Assembly: GCA_963737335.1 (NCBI GenBank)
Contig: CAVTSK010000022.1
Location: 4,017 to 68,016 of the forward strand
Length of the DNA: 64,000 nt
Reading direction: 5' to 3'
From: an uncultured Solirubrobacteraceae bacterium
GTDB taxonomy: Bacteria; Actinomycetota; Thermoleophilia; Solirubrobacterales; Solirubrobacteraceae
The stretch's first letter is position 1, and each line of letters starts with the position of its first letter. Position numbers and translations under genes: made by a program. The notes under the pieces were generated by a model that had not been told where the DNA came from, made no database searches, and worked only from the letters and a program-made list of their open reading frames with translations. This document shows, one piece after another, positions 19,947-30,374 of the stretch.

Positions 19947-21104
19947 ATGATCCCGCCCGCTATGGATTTCGCTCTCGATGATCAGACCGAACTGCTGCAG
20001 CGAACCGTCCGGGAGTTCGCGCAGGCCGAGGTGGCACCGGCCGCCGAGGAGCTTGACCGCACCCACTCCTTCCCCTACGAGATCGTCGCCAAGATGGGCG
20101 AGCTGGGCTGGATGGGCATCCCCTTCCCGGAACAGGACGGCGGCGCCGGGGGCACGAGCCTCCAGTACGCCGTGGCCGTCGAAGAGCTGACCCGCGTCGA
20201 CTCCAGCGTCGCCATCACCCTGTGCGCCCACACCTCGCTGGGCACCCAGCCGATCTACCTGTTCGGCACCGACGAGCAGAAGCAGGAGTGGCTGCCGCGG
20301 CTGTGCTCGGGCGAGATACTGGGCGCGTTCGGGCTCACCGAGCCCGAGGCGGGATCCGACGCCGGCAACACCAAGACCCGCGCGGTCCTGGAGGACGGCG
20401 AGTGGGTCATCAACGGCGCGAAGCAGTTCATCACCAATGCCGGCACCGACATCTCCGGTGTGGTCTGCATCACCGCAAAGACAGACCCCACTCACCCCGA
20501 CGAGATCTCCAACCTGATCGTGGCCAACGGCACCGCCGGCTACGAGCAGGCCGAGCCGTATCGCAAGATGGGCTGGAACGCGTCTGACACGCGGCCGCTC
20601 ACCTTCACCGACTGCCGTGTGCCCGAGGAGAACCTGCTGGGGATGCGCGGCAAGGGCTTTCACCAGTTCCTGCAGGTGCTCGACATCGGGCGCATCGGCG
20701 TCGCCGCCATGGGCGTGGGCCTGGCCCAGGGCGCGCTTGACCAGGCGTTGGCCTACGCCAAGGAGCGCCGCGCCTTCGGCAAGCCGATCTCCAAGTTCCA
20801 GTCGATCCAGGCCAAGCTCGCCGATATGGCCACCGAGATCGCCGCCGCGCGCCTGCTCGTCTACCAGTCGGCGTGGCTCAAGGACCAGGGCAAGCCGTTC
20901 TCGCTGGTGGCGGCCCAGGCCAAGCTCAAGACCGGGCGTCTGGCCGTCAAGGCCGCCGACGAGGCGGTGCAGATCCACGGCGGCTACGGCTACATCGAGG
21001 AATACCCGGTGTGCCGCTTCTACCGCGACGCCAAGATCCTCACCATCGGCGAGGGCACCGACGAGATCCAGCAGATGGTCATCGCACGGGCGCTCGGGGC
21101 ATGA
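19947..21104 (+). CDS. acyl-CoA dehydrogenase, isovaleryl-CoA dehydrogenase-like by context
   Basis: Inner part of track ORF 19878..21104. Typical ACAD length (385 aa) and C-terminal IGEGTDEIQQMVIAR. AGGA 8 nt upstream of ATG 19947. Confidence 0.85.
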   Translation: MIPPAMDFALDDQTELLQRTVREFAQAEVAPAAEELDRTHSFPYEIVAKMGELGWMGIPFPEQDGGAGGTSLQYAVAVEELTRVDSSVAITLCAHTSLGTQPIYLFGTDEQKQEWLPRLCSGEILGAFGLTEPEAGSDAGNTKTRAVLEDGEWVINGAKQFITNAGTDISGVVCITAKTDPTHPDEISNLIVANGTAGYEQAEPYRKMGWNASDTRPLTFTDCRVPEENLLGMRGKGFHQFLQVLDIGRIGVAAMGVGLAQGALDQALAYAKERRAFGKPISKFQSIQAKLADMATEIAAARLLVYQSAWLKDQGKPFSLVAAQAKLKTGRLAVKAADEAVQIHGGYGYIEEYPVCRFYRDAKILTIGEGTDEIQQMVIARALGA

Positions 21105-22069
21105 CCCCCGACGCGGAGACCGCTACAGGGCTGCCCCTCGAGGCGCGGATCCGCGAGGTCGGGCCTCGCGACGGCTTTCAGAACGAGCCCGAGGTCATCC
21201 CGACTGAGACCAAGGTCAGGCTCATCAACGCGCTCGCCCGCACCGGGCTGCGCCGGCTGGAGCTCACGAGCTTCGTCCGGCCCGATGTCATCCCCCAGCT
21301 CGCCGACGCGGCGGAGGTGCTGCAGGCCGTCGACATCCCGGAGCAGGTGAGCCGCTCCGTGCTCATCCCCAACGAGCGCGGCCTTGACCGCGCGCTGGAG
21401 CTGCGCGACCGCTTCGACGAGATCGACGTCTTCATGTCGGCCTCGGAGACCCACAACCTGCGCAACGTCAACCGCAGCATGCAGGACTCGCTCACCGGGC
21501 TGGAGCGCGTCCTGGGGCGTGCTCGTGAGGACGGGCTGCGCTGCGAGGCGGTCATCTCGGTCGCCTTTGGCTGCCCCTACGAGGGCGTGGTGCCCCCTGA
21601 GCGCGTGTTCGCGATCGCCGAGCGCCTGGCGGCGGCCGGCGCGCAGGAGATCGGCTTCGGCGACACCACCGGGATGGCCAACCCCCGCCAGGTCAAGGCC
21701 TTCTTCCTCGACGCGCGCGAGCGCCTGGGCGGCCCCGACGCGATCGAGCTCACCGCCCACTTCCACAACACCCGTGGGCAGGGCCTGGCCAACGTCTACG
21801 CCGCCCTGGAGGCCGGAATCGACTCGTTTGAGTCGAGCTTCGGCGAGCTGGGCGGCTGCCCGGTGCCGGCCGGCGCCACCGGCAACGTCGCCACCGAAGA
21901 CGTCGTCTCCATGCTGCATGAGATGGGCGTGCAGACCGGCATCAATCTGCAGGAGCTGCTCCGGGTGTCCCGGGCGGTGCAGTACCACCTCGGCCGCCCT
22001 CTGGGCAGCCACACGCTCGTCGCCGGCCCGATCGACTGGCATCGCTGGGCCCACTCCGACGAGGTCTGA
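21101..22069 (+). CDS. hydroxymethylglutaryl-CoA lyase
   Basis: Inner part of track ORF 20873..22069. EVGPRDGFQNE motif. ATGA overlap with the preceding gene. Confidence 0.88.
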   Translation: MTPDAETATGLPLEARIREVGPRDGFQNEPEVIPTETKVRLINALARTGLRRLELTSFVRPDVIPQLADAAEVLQAVDIPEQVSRSVLIPNERGLDRALELRDRFDEIDVFMSASETHNLRNVNRSMQDSLTGLERVLGRAREDGLRCEAVISVAFGCPYEGVVPPERVFAIAERLAAAGAQEIGFGDTTGMANPRQVKAFFLDARERLGGPDAIELTAHFHNTRGQGLANVYAALEAGIDSFESSFGELGGCPVPAGATGNVATEDVVSMLHEMGVQTGINLQELLRVSRAVQYHLGRPLGSHTLVAGPIDWHRWAHSDEV

Positions 22070-22071
22070 CC

Positions 22072-23961
22072 ATGTTCGCTCGCGTCCTCATCGCCAACCG
22101 CGGCGAGATCGCGCGGCGGGTGATCCGCACCCTGGACCGGCTCGGCATCGCCTCGGTGGCGGTCTACACCCCCGGTGACCGGCGCGCCCCGTTCGTACGC
22201 GAGGCCGAGCTGTCGGTCGAGATCCCGTCCTACCTGGACATCGACGCGGTGGTGGGCGCGTGCGCGCAGTGGGACGCCGAAGCGCTGCACCCCGGGTACG
22301 GCTTCCTGTCAGAGAATCCGGCACTGGCCCGGGCCTGCGCCCGGGCCGGAGTGGCCTTCATCGGACCCCCGGCCGAGGCCGGCGAGCTGATGGGCGACAA
22401 GCTGCGCGCCAAGGAGGCGGCCGCCGCCGCCGGAGTTCCGGTGGTCCCGAGCTTCAGCGAGGCCGCCGCGCGCACCGCATCAGGCGACGTATATCCCCTG
22501 CTGGTCAAGGCCGCCGCCGGCGGCGGGGGCCGCGGCATGCGCGTGGTGGAGCGCGCCGAGGATCTCGACGGCGCGCTGGAGTCCGCGCGCCGCGAGGCGT
22601 TGGCGGGCTTCGGCGACGACCGCGTCTTCATCGAGCGCTTCGTGCCTCGCGCGCGCCACCTCGAGGTCCAGGTGATCGCCGACGCCCACGGCAACGTGGT
22701 CCACCTGGGCGAGCGCGAATGCTCGCTGCAGCGCCGCCACCAGAAGGTGATGGAGGAGTCCCCCTCCCCCGTCGTCTCGCCCGAGCTGCGCGCGGCGCTG
22801 GGCGAGGAGGCCGTGGCCCTGGCCCGCGCCGCGGGCTACGTCAACGCCGGCACCGTCGAGTTCATCGCCGACTTCGCCAACCCCGCGGACCACTACTTCC
22901 TCGAGATGAACGCCCGCCTCCAGGTCGAGCATCCCGTCACCGAGCTCGTCACCGGCCTGGACCTGGTCGAGCTCCAGCTGCGCGTCGCCGCGGGCGAGCC
23001 GCTGCCGCTCGTCCAGGCCGACGTCAGGCTGGACGGCCACGCCATCGAGGTCCGCGTCACCGCCGAGGACGCCGCGCGCGACTTCCTCCCCGCCGCCGGC
23101 CGCGTGCTCGCCTACGCCCGCCCGCGACCCACGCCCGAGGTGCGCGTCGACGACGGAATCGAGCCGGGCTCGGTGGTGGACACGAGCTATGACTCGCTGC
23201 TGGCCAAGGTCATCGCCCACGGCAGCGACCGCGCCCAGGCGCTCGCCCGCCTCGAGCACGCGCTGGCCGATTTCACCGTGCTGGGCGTGACCACCACCAC
23301 GCGCTACCTGCGCGGCCTGCTCGCCGACGACGCGGTCCGCGCCGGCGAGCTCGACACCGGCCTCATCGACCGCCGTGGCGTGCCCGCGGAGCCGATCGGC
23401 GACGAGGGCATCGCCATCGCGGCGGCCATGCTCATCCTCGCCGACCTCGCCGCCGGTGGCGGCGGCGATCCGTTCGATCGGGTCGACGGCTGGCGGCTGG
23501 GCGGGGCGCGCGCCGCCTCGCACTGGAGGATGTCGGTGAGCGGCGGCGAGCCGGTGGACGTCACCGTGCCCACCGAGTACGTGGCCATGGTGAGTCCGCT
23601 CGGAAACGGCCGCTTCGCCATCGACGGCCGCGGGGAATGGCTGCTGGCCCGCGACGGCGACGTCACCTGGATCGGTCACGGCGGCTCGGCCTGGGCGGTG
23701 CGGCCCGCCGCAGGCGCCGCGATGGGCGACGCCGCCGCCGACGGCGACGTGCGCGCCCCGATGCCCGGGCAGGTCCTGCTGGTCCACGCCGCCGCAGGAG
23801 ACACGGTGGCGGCGGGCGATCCGCTGGTGGTGCTCGAGTCGATGAAGATGGAGCTCGTGCTCACGGCACCGGTCGACGGGCGGGTGGCCGAGCTCACCGT
23901 CGCCGTTGGCGACAAGGTGGCGGTCGACCAGCCGCTGGCGCGGGTGGAGGCCACCGGATGA
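22072..23961 (+). CDS. acyl-CoA carboxylase biotin-carrying alpha subunit (methylcrotonyl-CoA carboxylase alpha by context)
   Basis: ORF track 22072..23961. Biotin carboxylase N-terminus [23 protein letters not shown]-grasp body, C-terminal biotinylation motif ESMKME. Confidence 0.88.
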   Translation: MFARVLIANRGEIARRVIRTLDRLGIASVAVYTPGDRRAPFVREAELSVEIPSYLDIDAVVGACAQWDAEALHPGYGFLSENPALARACARAGVAFIGPPAEAGELMGDKLRAKEAAAAAGVPVVPSFSEAAARTASGDVYPLLVKAAAGGGGRGMRVVERAEDLDGALESARREALAGFGDDRVFIERFVPRARHLEVQVIADAHGNVVHLGERECSLQRRHQKVMEESPSPVVSPELRAALGEEAVALARAAGYVNAGTVEFIADFANPADHYFLEMNARLQVEHPVTELVTGLDLVELQLRVAAGEPLPLVQADVRLDGHAIEVRVTAEDAARDFLPAAGRVLAYARPRPTPEVRVDDGIEPGSVVDTSYDSLLAKVIAHGSDRAQALARLEHALADFTVLGVTTTTRYLRGLLADDAVRAGELDTGLIDRRGVPAEPIGDEGIAIAAAMLILADLAAGGGGDPFDRVDGWRLGGARAASHWRMSVSGGEPVDVTVPTEYVAMVSPLGNGRFAIDGRGEWLLARDGDVTWIGHGGSAWAVRPAAGAAMGDAAADGDVRAPMPGQVLLVHAAAGDTVAAGDPLVVLESMKMELVLTAPVDGRVAELTVAVGDKVAVDQPLARVEATG

Positions 23962-25520
23962 ACGTTCTGCGCTCACACGCCAACCCCGGCGCTGAGGAGT
24001 TCCGCGCCAACCTGAGCGCCAACACGGCGCTCATCGACGACCTCAACGCGCAGCTGGAGCGCGTGCGCCAGGGCGGCGGCGAGCGCGCCCGTGAGCGGCA
24101 CGTCGGCCGCGGCAAGCTGCTCCCCCGCGAGCGCGTCGACCGGCTGCTCGATCCCGGGGCGCCCTTCCTGGAGTGCTCGCCGCTGGCCGCCCACGGCCTC
24201 TATGACGACGAGGCGCCGGGCGCCGGGATCGTCACCGGCATCGGCCGCGTCTCCGGCCGGGAGTGCGTGATCGTGGCCAACGACGCCACCGTCAAGGGCG
24301 GCACCTATTACCCGATGACGGTCAAGAAGCACCTGCGCGCCCAGGAGATCGCGCTCCAGAACCGCCTGCCCTGCATCTACCTCGTCGATTCCGGCGGCGC
24401 GTTTCTGCCCCGCCAGGACGAGGTCTTCCCCGACCGCGAGCACTTCGGGCGCATCTTCTTCAACCAGGCCACCATGTCGGCCCAGGGCATCCCCCAGATC
24501 GCCTCGGTGATGGGGTCCTGCACCGCCGGGGGCGCCTACGTACCGGCGATGAGCGACGAGACGGTGATCGTGCGCAACGAGGGCACGATCTTCCTCGGCG
24601 GGCCGCCGCTGGTGAAGGCGGCCACCGGCGAGGAGGTCACCGCCGAGGAGCTGGGTGGCGGCGAGCTGCACTCGCGGACCTCCGGCGTCACCGACCACCT
24701 CGCCACCGACGACGCCCATGCGCTGCAGATCGTCCGCGACATCGTCAGCACGCTGGCGCCGCGTGCGGAGCTGCCATGGGAGCGAGCGCCGGTGACCGAT
24801 CCCGTGGTGGACCCCGAGCAGCTCCTCGGCGTGGTCTCCGCCGATCTGCGCAAGCCCTACGACGCCCGCGAGATCATCGCCCGCATCGTCGACGGGTCGC
24901 GCTTTCACGAGTTCAAGGAGCTCTACGGCTCGACCCTGGTCACCGGCTTCGCCCACATCCACGGTCACCCGGTGGGCATCCTGGCCAACAACGGGATCCT
25001 CTTCTCCGAGTCAGCGCTCAAGGGCGCGCATTTCATCGAGCTCTGCGACCAGCGCAAGACGCCCCTGGTGTTCCTGCAGAACATCACCGGCTTCATGGTG
25101 GGCCGCGACTACGAGGCCGGCGGGATCGCCAAGCACGGCGCCAAGATGGTCACCGCCGTCTCCACCGCCCGCGTGCCCAAGCTCACCCTGATCGTGGGCG
25201 GCTCGTTCGGGGCGGGCAACTACGGGATGTGTGGTCGGGCCTACTCGCCGCGCCTGATGTGGATGTGGCCGGGGGCGCGGATCAGCGTGATGGGCGGCGA
25301 GCAGGCGGCCACGGTGATGACCGAGGTCGGGCAGGCCGAGACCGGCGCCCAGCTGCGCGAGCAGTACGAGCGCCAGGGCCACCCGTACTACGCCACGGCG
25401 CGGCTGTGGGACGACGGGGTCATCGATCCGCGCGATACCCGAGACGTCCTGGGCCTGGCCCTGTCGGCGGCGGGAAACGCACCGCTGAGCGACGTCCGCT
25501 ACGGCGTGTTCAGAATGTAG
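23958..25520 (+). CDS. carboxyltransferase beta subunit (methylcrotonyl-CoA carboxylase beta by context)
   Basis: Inner part of track ORF 23637..25520. ATG 23958 overlaps the alpha-subunit stop (ATGA). Carboxyl_trans-type sequence throughout. Confidence 0.88.
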   Translation: MNVLRSHANPGAEEFRANLSANTALIDDLNAQLERVRQGGGERARERHVGRGKLLPRERVDRLLDPGAPFLECSPLAAHGLYDDEAPGAGIVTGIGRVSGRECVIVANDATVKGGTYYPMTVKKHLRAQEIALQNRLPCIYLVDSGGAFLPRQDEVFPDREHFGRIFFNQATMSAQGIPQIASVMGSCTAGGAYVPAMSDETVIVRNEGTIFLGGPPLVKAATGEEVTAEELGGGELHSRTSGVTDHLATDDAHALQIVRDIVSTLAPRAELPWERAPVTDPVVDPEQLLGVVSADLRKPYDAREIIARIVDGSRFHEFKELYGSTLVTGFAHIHGHPVGILANNGILFSESALKGAHFIELCDQRKTPLVFLQNITGFMVGRDYEAGGIAKHGAKMVTAVSTARVPKLTLIVGGSFGAGNYGMCGRAYSPRLMWMWPGARISVMGGEQAATVMTEVGQAETGAQLREQYERQGHPYYATARLWDDGVIDPRDTRDVLGLALSAAGNAPLSDVRYGVFRM

Positions 25521-25522
25521 GA

Positions 25523-26287
25523 GTGGAGACGGTCACCTCAGCCGACGGCGTGACGATCGCCTACGAGCGCTCGGGCAGCGGCCCCGCGCTGGTGATCGTC
25601 AACGGCGCGCTGAGCACCAAGGAGTCCGGCTCCGCGCTCGCACCGCTGCTCGACGAGCAGTTCACGCTGTACCGCTACGACCGCCGCGGCCGCGGCGACA
25701 GCAGCGATCGCGACGCCTCCACACCCCAGAACGAGCTCCAGGATCTGGCCGCGATCGTGGCCGAGATCGGTGAGGCGCCGTTCGTCTTCGGGCAGTCGTC
25801 GGGCGCCGCGCTGTCGCTGGAGGCCGCCGCGTCGGGCGTGCCCATGCGAGGGCTGGTCGTCAACGAGCCCCCCTACGTCCCCGGTGCGGGCACGGCCACG
25901 CAGACCGCGAGCGAGCTGGCGGCGTTGGCCGCCGACGGGCGGCGCGACGAGGCGGTCGAGCGCTTCATGCAGGCCAGCGGGATACCCGAGGCGATGGTGG
26001 AGCAGACGAAGGCATCGCCGGCCTGGGCGTCGCTGCTGGCCCTCGCTCACACCCTCGCCTACGACGTGAGGCTGCTCAACGAGGGCGTCGTCCCGGTGCA
26101 GCGGCTGAGCGCGATCGCCTGTCCCGTGCTCGGCACGACGGGCAGCCTCAGCGCGCCGTGGGCCGCCGCCGCGGTCCGCGCGGTCGCGGAAGCGGTCGGA
26201 GACGGGGAGTGGCGGGTACTCGAGGGCCAGTCCCACAATGTCGCGCCCGAGGTGCTGGCCCCGGTGCTCCGCGAGCGCTTCGTCTGA
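25523..26287 (+). CDS. alpha/beta hydrolase
   Basis: Inner part of track ORF 24263..26287. GTG 2 nt after the carboxyltransferase stop. ITIAYERSGSGPALVIVNGAL and FGQSSGAALSLEAA (GxSxG). Start uncertain. Confidence 0.72.
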   Translation: METVTSADGVTIAYERSGSGPALVIVNGALSTKESGSALAPLLDEQFTLYRYDRRGRGDSSDRDASTPQNELQDLAAIVAEIGEAPFVFGQSSGAALSLEAAASGVPMRGLVVNEPPYVPGAGTATQTASELAALAADGRRDEAVERFMQASGIPEAMVEQTKASPAWASLLALAHTLAYDVRLLNEGVVPVQRLSAIACPVLGTTGSLSAPWAAAAVRAVAEAVGDGEWRVLEGQSHNVAPEVLAPVLRERFV

Positions 26288-26291
26288 TCGC

Positions 26292-27065
26292 ATGAGCCGC
26301 GTGTTCGTCACCGGCTCGGCGGACGGCCTGGGCAAGCTGGCCGCGGCCCAGCTCGTGCGCGAGGGCCACGACGTGGTGCTCCACGCCCGCAGCGAGGCCC
26401 GCGGGCGCGACGCGCTCGACGGCGTACCCGGCGCCGCCGGCGTGCTCACCGGCGACCTGGCCAGCATCGCCCAGACCCGCGCGCTGGCCGAGCAGGCCAA
26501 CGACGGCGGCCGCTTTGACGCGGTCATCCACAACGCCGCGCTGGGCTACCAGGTCTCGAGTCGGTCCGCGACCGAGGACGACCTCGCCGCACCGTTCGCC
26601 GTCAACGTGCTCGCGCCCTATCTGCTCACCGCGCTCATGACCCGGCCCGACCGCCTCGTCTACCTCTCCTCGGGCATGCACACGGGTGCCGACTCGTCGC
26701 TGAATGACCTGCAGTGGCGCGCGCGGCACTGGAGCGGGGTCCAGGCCTACGCCGACTCCAAGCTGCTGGATCTCGCGCTCGCCTTCGCCGTGGCCCGGCG
26801 GTGGCCGGACGTCCGCTCCAACGCGGTCACGCCAGGGTGGGTGGCAACCAGGATGGGCGGGCCGGGCGCGCCCGACGACCTGTCGCTGGGCGCCGACACC
26901 CAGGCGTGGCTGGCGGTCTCAGACGAGCCGGCGGCGCGGGTGACGGGGCGCTACTTCTATCACCGCACCGAGCGAGCGGCCGACCCTGCGGCGTCGGATC
27001 CGGCGGTCCAGGACGGGCTGCTGGCGGCGTGCGCACAGCTGACCGGCGTCGCCTTCCAGGTTTAG
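26292..27065 (+). CDS. SDR family oxidoreductase
   Basis: Inner part of track ORF 26238..27065. MSRVFVTGSADGLGKLAA glycine motif and YADSK catalytic motif. Confidence 0.8.
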   Translation: MSRVFVTGSADGLGKLAAAQLVREGHDVVLHARSEARGRDALDGVPGAAGVLTGDLASIAQTRALAEQANDGGRFDAVIHNAALGYQVSSRSATEDDLAAPFAVNVLAPYLLTALMTRPDRLVYLSSGMHTGADSSLNDLQWRARHWSGVQAYADSKLLDLALAFAVARRWPDVRSNAVTPGWVATRMGGPGAPDDLSLGADTQAWLAVSDEPAARVTGRYFYHRTERAADPAASDPAVQDGLLAACAQLTGVAFQV

Positions 27066-28642
27066 TCCGCCCCGGCTCCCGCACCGGCGCGCGCGGCCTG
27101 CGGCGGCTGCGGAGCCGCTCCCGAGCGCGCCGCCGAAGCCTCGAAGTCCCGGCTGCGGATGAGCACCAAGGTGAGCACGGCGGAGACGAGCGTGAGGATC
27201 GCTCCGACGAGGAACACCTCGTTGAGGCCGGTCACGAACGCGGCGCGCACAGCGTGGATCGCGGCGGGCCGGGCCTGGGCCGGCAGGGTGGCCAGGCCAC
27301 CGGCGGCGCCGCTGCCCTGTGAGACGTCCGACGCGAGGCGGTGGGCCGCCGTCGCCGGCACGGGCGAACCCGCCAGCAGCGAGACGACGTGGGTCCGCAC
27401 CGTGTGCGAGAAGATCGAGCCCAGCCCGGCGATCCCGGTGGCGATCCCGATCTGGCGGAAGGTGGAGTTGATCCCACTGGCCATCCCCGCGCGATCGGGC
27501 GTGACGACCCCGATCGCCGTCGAGGCCAACGGCGGGTTGACGAGCCCCACGCCGGCCCCAGCCAGGATGAACCCGGGGATGAGATGCGTCCAGCCCGAGC
27601 CCTCGGTAAGCCCTCGCATCAGGAGCAGCCCGACACCGATCATGGCCAGCCCGGGGGCGATCAGGAAGCGGATCGGCACCGATGAGGTCGCCCGCCCGGC
27701 GGCGCTGGAGGTGAGCAGGATCGCGCCCGACAGGACGAGGAAGCGCAGGCCCGTCTGCAGCGGCGAGAAGTCCAGGATGTCCTGCAGGTAGAGCGTGAGG
27801 TACAGGAACAGCGCGAACAGGCCTGCCGACAGCGCGAAGGCCGCGATCAGCCCGCCGCTGAAGGTGGGCTTGCGAAACAGCTTGAGGTCGAACATGGCCC
27901 GGTCGCCCTGCACGGCCTCGGCGACGAGGAAGGCGACCAGCAGCACCGCGGAGCCGATGAGACAGGCGAGGATCTCCGTGGAGCCCCACCCCTTGCTGTT
28001 GCCCTTGATCAGGGCGTAGATGAGCGCGCCGAGCGCGCCGCTGAACGTGACCACGCCGATCAGGTCCGGCCGCTGGGCCCCCGGCTGGCGGGACTCCTCA
28101 ACCTGGGACAGGGTGATCGCGACCGCGACGACGCCGATGGGGACGTTGACCAGGAAGATCCAGCGCCACGACAGCCCTGATGTCAGCGCACCACCGACGA
28201 CGGGCCCGATGGCCACGGCCAGCCCCGTGATGGCTCCCCACACTCCGAACGCGGTGCCGCGCTCGCGGCCCTGGAAGGCACTACCCAGCAGGGCCAGCGA
28301 GGTGGAGAACATCGCCGCGCCGCCCACTCCCTGCGCTCCACGCGCCAGGTTGAGCAGCACCGGGTCGGCGGCCACGCCCGAAAGCAGCGAGCTCAGGCTG
28401 AAGATGACCAGGCCGATGACGAACATCCGCCGCCGGCCGAACAGGTCCGCGAGCGATCCTGTGGTGAGTAGGAGCGCCGCCAGCGTCAGCGCGTACGCGT
28501 CGACCACCCACTGCAGGTCCGAGAAGCTGGCGTGCAGATCCCGCTGGATCGACGGGAGGGCGACATTGACGATCGTCACGTCCAGCAGCAGCATGAACGT
28601 GCCGATGCACACGGCGATCAGCGTCCACCACTTGCGTTCCAT
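27062..28642 (-). CDS. MFS transporter, DHA2 (EmrB/QacA-like, 14-TMS) type
   Basis: Inner part of track ORF 27062..28771. MERKWWTLIAVCIGTFMLLLDVTIVNVALPSIQRDL start. AGGGAG SD 10 nt upstream of ATG 28642. Confidence 0.88.
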   Translation of the reverse strand: MERKWWTLIAVCIGTFMLLLDVTIVNVALPSIQRDLHASFSDLQWVVDAYALTLAALLLTTGSLADLFGRRRMFVIGLVIFSLSSLLSGVAADPVLLNLARGAQGVGGAAMFSTSLALLGSAFQGRERGTAFGVWGAITGLAVAIGPVVGGALTSGLSWRWIFLVNVPIGVVAVAITLSQVEESRQPGAQRPDLIGVVTFSGALGALIYALIKGNSKGWGSTEILACLIGSAVLLVAFLVAEAVQGDRAMFDLKLFRKPTFSGGLIAAFALSAGLFALFLYLTLYLQDILDFSPLQTGLRFLVLSGAILLTSSAAGRATSSVPIRFLIAPGLAMIGVGLLLMRGLTEGSGWTHLIPGFILAGAGVGLVNPPLASTAIGVVTPDRAGMASGINSTFRQIGIATGIAGLGSIFSHTVRTHVVSLLAGSPVPATAAHRLASDVSQGSGAAGGLATLPAQARPAAIHAVRAAFVTGLNEVFLVGAILTLVSAVLTLVLIRSRDFEASAARSGAAPQPPQAARAGAGAGAD

Positions 28643-28759
28643 CGGCTGTGACTCCCTGGGTTCGGCGGGGCGGGGGCGACCTTTCAGACTACCCAGGCGG
28701 CTCACTGGCCCGGTGGCACCGCGGGCAGGGTGTCCGGCGCAACCGGCGAACCTCACCGG

Positions 28760-29488
28760 ATGAGCGCGCACCTCGCCGCGGCCGTGCCCAGCGGCCAGGG
28801 CCTGAAGCAGATCGGGGAACTGGCGCTGGCCTTCGCGCTGTCGTCGCTGATCGGCCTGGAACGAGAGTGGCGCCAGAAGTCGGCGGGGCTGCGCACCTAC
28901 ACGCTGGTCGGGTTCGGCTCGGCGCTGTTCCTCATCATCAGCAAGTACGGCTTCAGCGACGTGCTGGGCGGATCAGTGATCCTGGATCCCTCCCGGGTGG
29001 CGGCCCAGGTCGTCTCCGGCCTGGGCTTCATCGGCGGCGGCCTCATCTTCGTGCGTCGCGACGCCGTCCGGGGGCTGACCACCGCCGCCATCGTGTGGAT
29101 GACGGCGGCCATCGGCATGGCCTGCGGCGCCGGCCTGGTCGTGCTGGCCCTCGCGGCGACGGCCGGCCACTTCGTCGTGGTGTTCGTCTATCCGTCGCTG
29201 GCGCGGGCGCTCCCCCGCTCCCGCTACGTCGGCTTCGCCGTCCACGTGGTCTACGAGGACGGCCGCGGGATCCTGCGCGACGTGTTGCGCCACTGCACGG
29301 ACGCCGGCTTCTCGATCGCCGAGGTCACCGCCCACCGGCTCGAGCATGAGGTGGCCGGCGCCGACGCGGTGGCCGTCGAGCTCGAGGTCCAGGGCCAGCC
29401 CTTCGTCGAGCCGCTGACCACGACGCTCGAGAACGTCTCCGGCGTCCTGGAGGTCTCCTCGCGCGACCTGGCCCGCTCCACCGATTGA
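28760..29488 (+). CDS. MgtC/SapB family membrane protein
   Basis: Inner part of track ORF 28730..29488. LIGLEREWRQKSAGLRTY signature and a C-terminal ACT-like soluble domain. Confidence 0.85.
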   Translation: MSAHLAAAVPSGQGLKQIGELALAFALSSLIGLEREWRQKSAGLRTYTLVGFGSALFLIISKYGFSDVLGGSVILDPSRVAAQVVSGLGFIGGGLIFVRRDAVRGLTTAAIVWMTAAIGMACGAGLVVLALAATAGHFVVVFVYPSLARALPRSRYVGFAVHVVYEDGRGILRDVLRHCTDAGFSIAEVTAHRLEHEVAGADAVAVELEVQGQPFVEPLTTTLENVSGVLEVSSRDLARSTD

Positions 29489-29495
29489 CGCCCAG

Positions 29496-30083
29496 CTAGG
29501 TCAGCTCGCGGCGCGTGAGCTCCACCACCGGCAGGTCGCCGGGCTCGAGCGAGGTGCGGACACCGGCGAGCTCATCGGCGCCGAGCGCGGCAAAGCCCGC
29601 CTCCACCGTTCGGACGTACCCGGCGTCGATGACCGCGGTCCCCTTCCGCCGCCCCTCGGCCAGCCGTGCGCGCGCCGCTGGCATCCCGATGTAAGCCCAC
29701 ACCCGCGCCCCATCCAGCGCGCCACAGGCGACCCGCTCGGAAACGTCGGTGCGCTCGTAGTTGCGCTCGCGTGCATCCAGCTGCTCGAGCGTGGCGCCGT
29801 CCACCGGCACGCAGAGGCCGTTGACCCTCTCCGCCGGGTCCTCCGGGGCGTCGACCAGGTCCAGGTACGCGACGTACACGTCCGGGCGCAGACCGGTTGC
29901 GTCGGTGTAGTACTTGTAGCCGGGCAGGTCCCGGCGATTGTCCATCGCCACACCCCAGATCCGGCGCAACCCGGCCAGATCGGCAACGACACCGTGCTCC
30001 TTTAGCTCTCGGGTGAGAACCACCCCCGGTCGGGCGGTCAGGGACCCGTAGCCGAACACGAACTGACGGTTGCCTGCGTTCAA
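29496..30083 (-). CDS. gamma-glutamylcyclotransferase (GGCT/AIG2-like) family protein
   Basis: Inner part of track ORF 29496..30140. FVFGYGSL N-terminal motif. TTG start at 30083 preceded by AGGAGGGAG with 4-nt spacing. Confidence 0.7.
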   Translation of the reverse strand: MNAGNRQFVFGYGSLTARPGVVLTRELKEHGVVADLAGLRRIWGVAMDNRRDLPGYKYYTDATGLRPDVYVAYLDLVDAPEDPAERVNGLCVPVDGATLEQLDARERNYERTDVSERVACGALDGARVWAYIGMPAARARLAEGRRKGTAVIDAGYVRTVEAGFAALGADELAGVRTSLEPGDLPVVELTRRELT

Positions 30084-30195
30084 GATGCTCCCTCCTGGGG
30101 CCGACAACACAGAGACGGATCTGACCCTCGATCTCTCCAACTTTTGTCCAAAGCCCTCAACACCGCGGATTGCTGGACCGATTTAGAGCGGGTCA

Positions 30196-30216
30196 AGTCT
30201 CTAACGGATAGAGACT
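30196..30216. promoter_or_regulatory. inverted repeat AGTCTCT-N7-AGAGACT immediately upstream of the micro-ORF SD
   Basis: Perfect 7-bp arms, 21 nt upstream of ATG 30238, in an AT-richer 154-nt divergent spacer. Confidence 0.3.
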
Positions 30217-30237
30217 ATTTCCAAGGAGGGAACCACC

Positions 30238-30330
30238 ATGAAGAAGTTCCGCCTCTACCAGGCCTGCACCACGCTCGCCGCCATCGCCACCGTCGCCATC
30301 GCCTCCGGGGCCGGTGTGAAGTTCTACTAG
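30238..30330 (+). CDS. unannotated 30-aa single-helix membrane micro-protein or translated leader (MKKFRLYQACTTLAAIATVAIASGAGVKFY)
   Basis: AAGGAGGG SD with 7-nt spacing to the ATG. 28 of the 29 codons after the ATG end in G or C, as in real genes here. TAG stop followed by a strong terminator. Below the ORF-track length cutoff. Confidence 0.6.
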   Translation: MKKFRLYQACTTLAAIATVAIASGAGVKFY

Positions 30331-30340
30331 GACGTGACGG

Positions 30341-30374
30341 ACGCGCCTCCGCGAGTCCCCTCGCGGAGGCGCGT
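30341..30374 (+). terminator. intrinsic terminator-like hairpin (perfect 14-bp stem, 6-nt loop)
   Basis: ACGCGCCTCCGCGA-GTCCCC-TCGCGGAGGCGCGT followed by the T-rich tract TCGACCATCTTCTACTT. Starts 10 nt after the micro-ORF stop and ends 33 nt before the GGDEF-EAL ATG. Confidence 0.65.

Noticed and set aside
30238-30330. The 30-aa peptide as a RiPP precursor (its aromatic C-terminus recalls mycofactocin MftA ending GVY)
   Set aside because: No radical-SAM, cyclodehydratase, lanthionine synthetase, peptidase or ABC-export genes are nearby. The sequence is a plain TM helix rather than a leader-core peptide.
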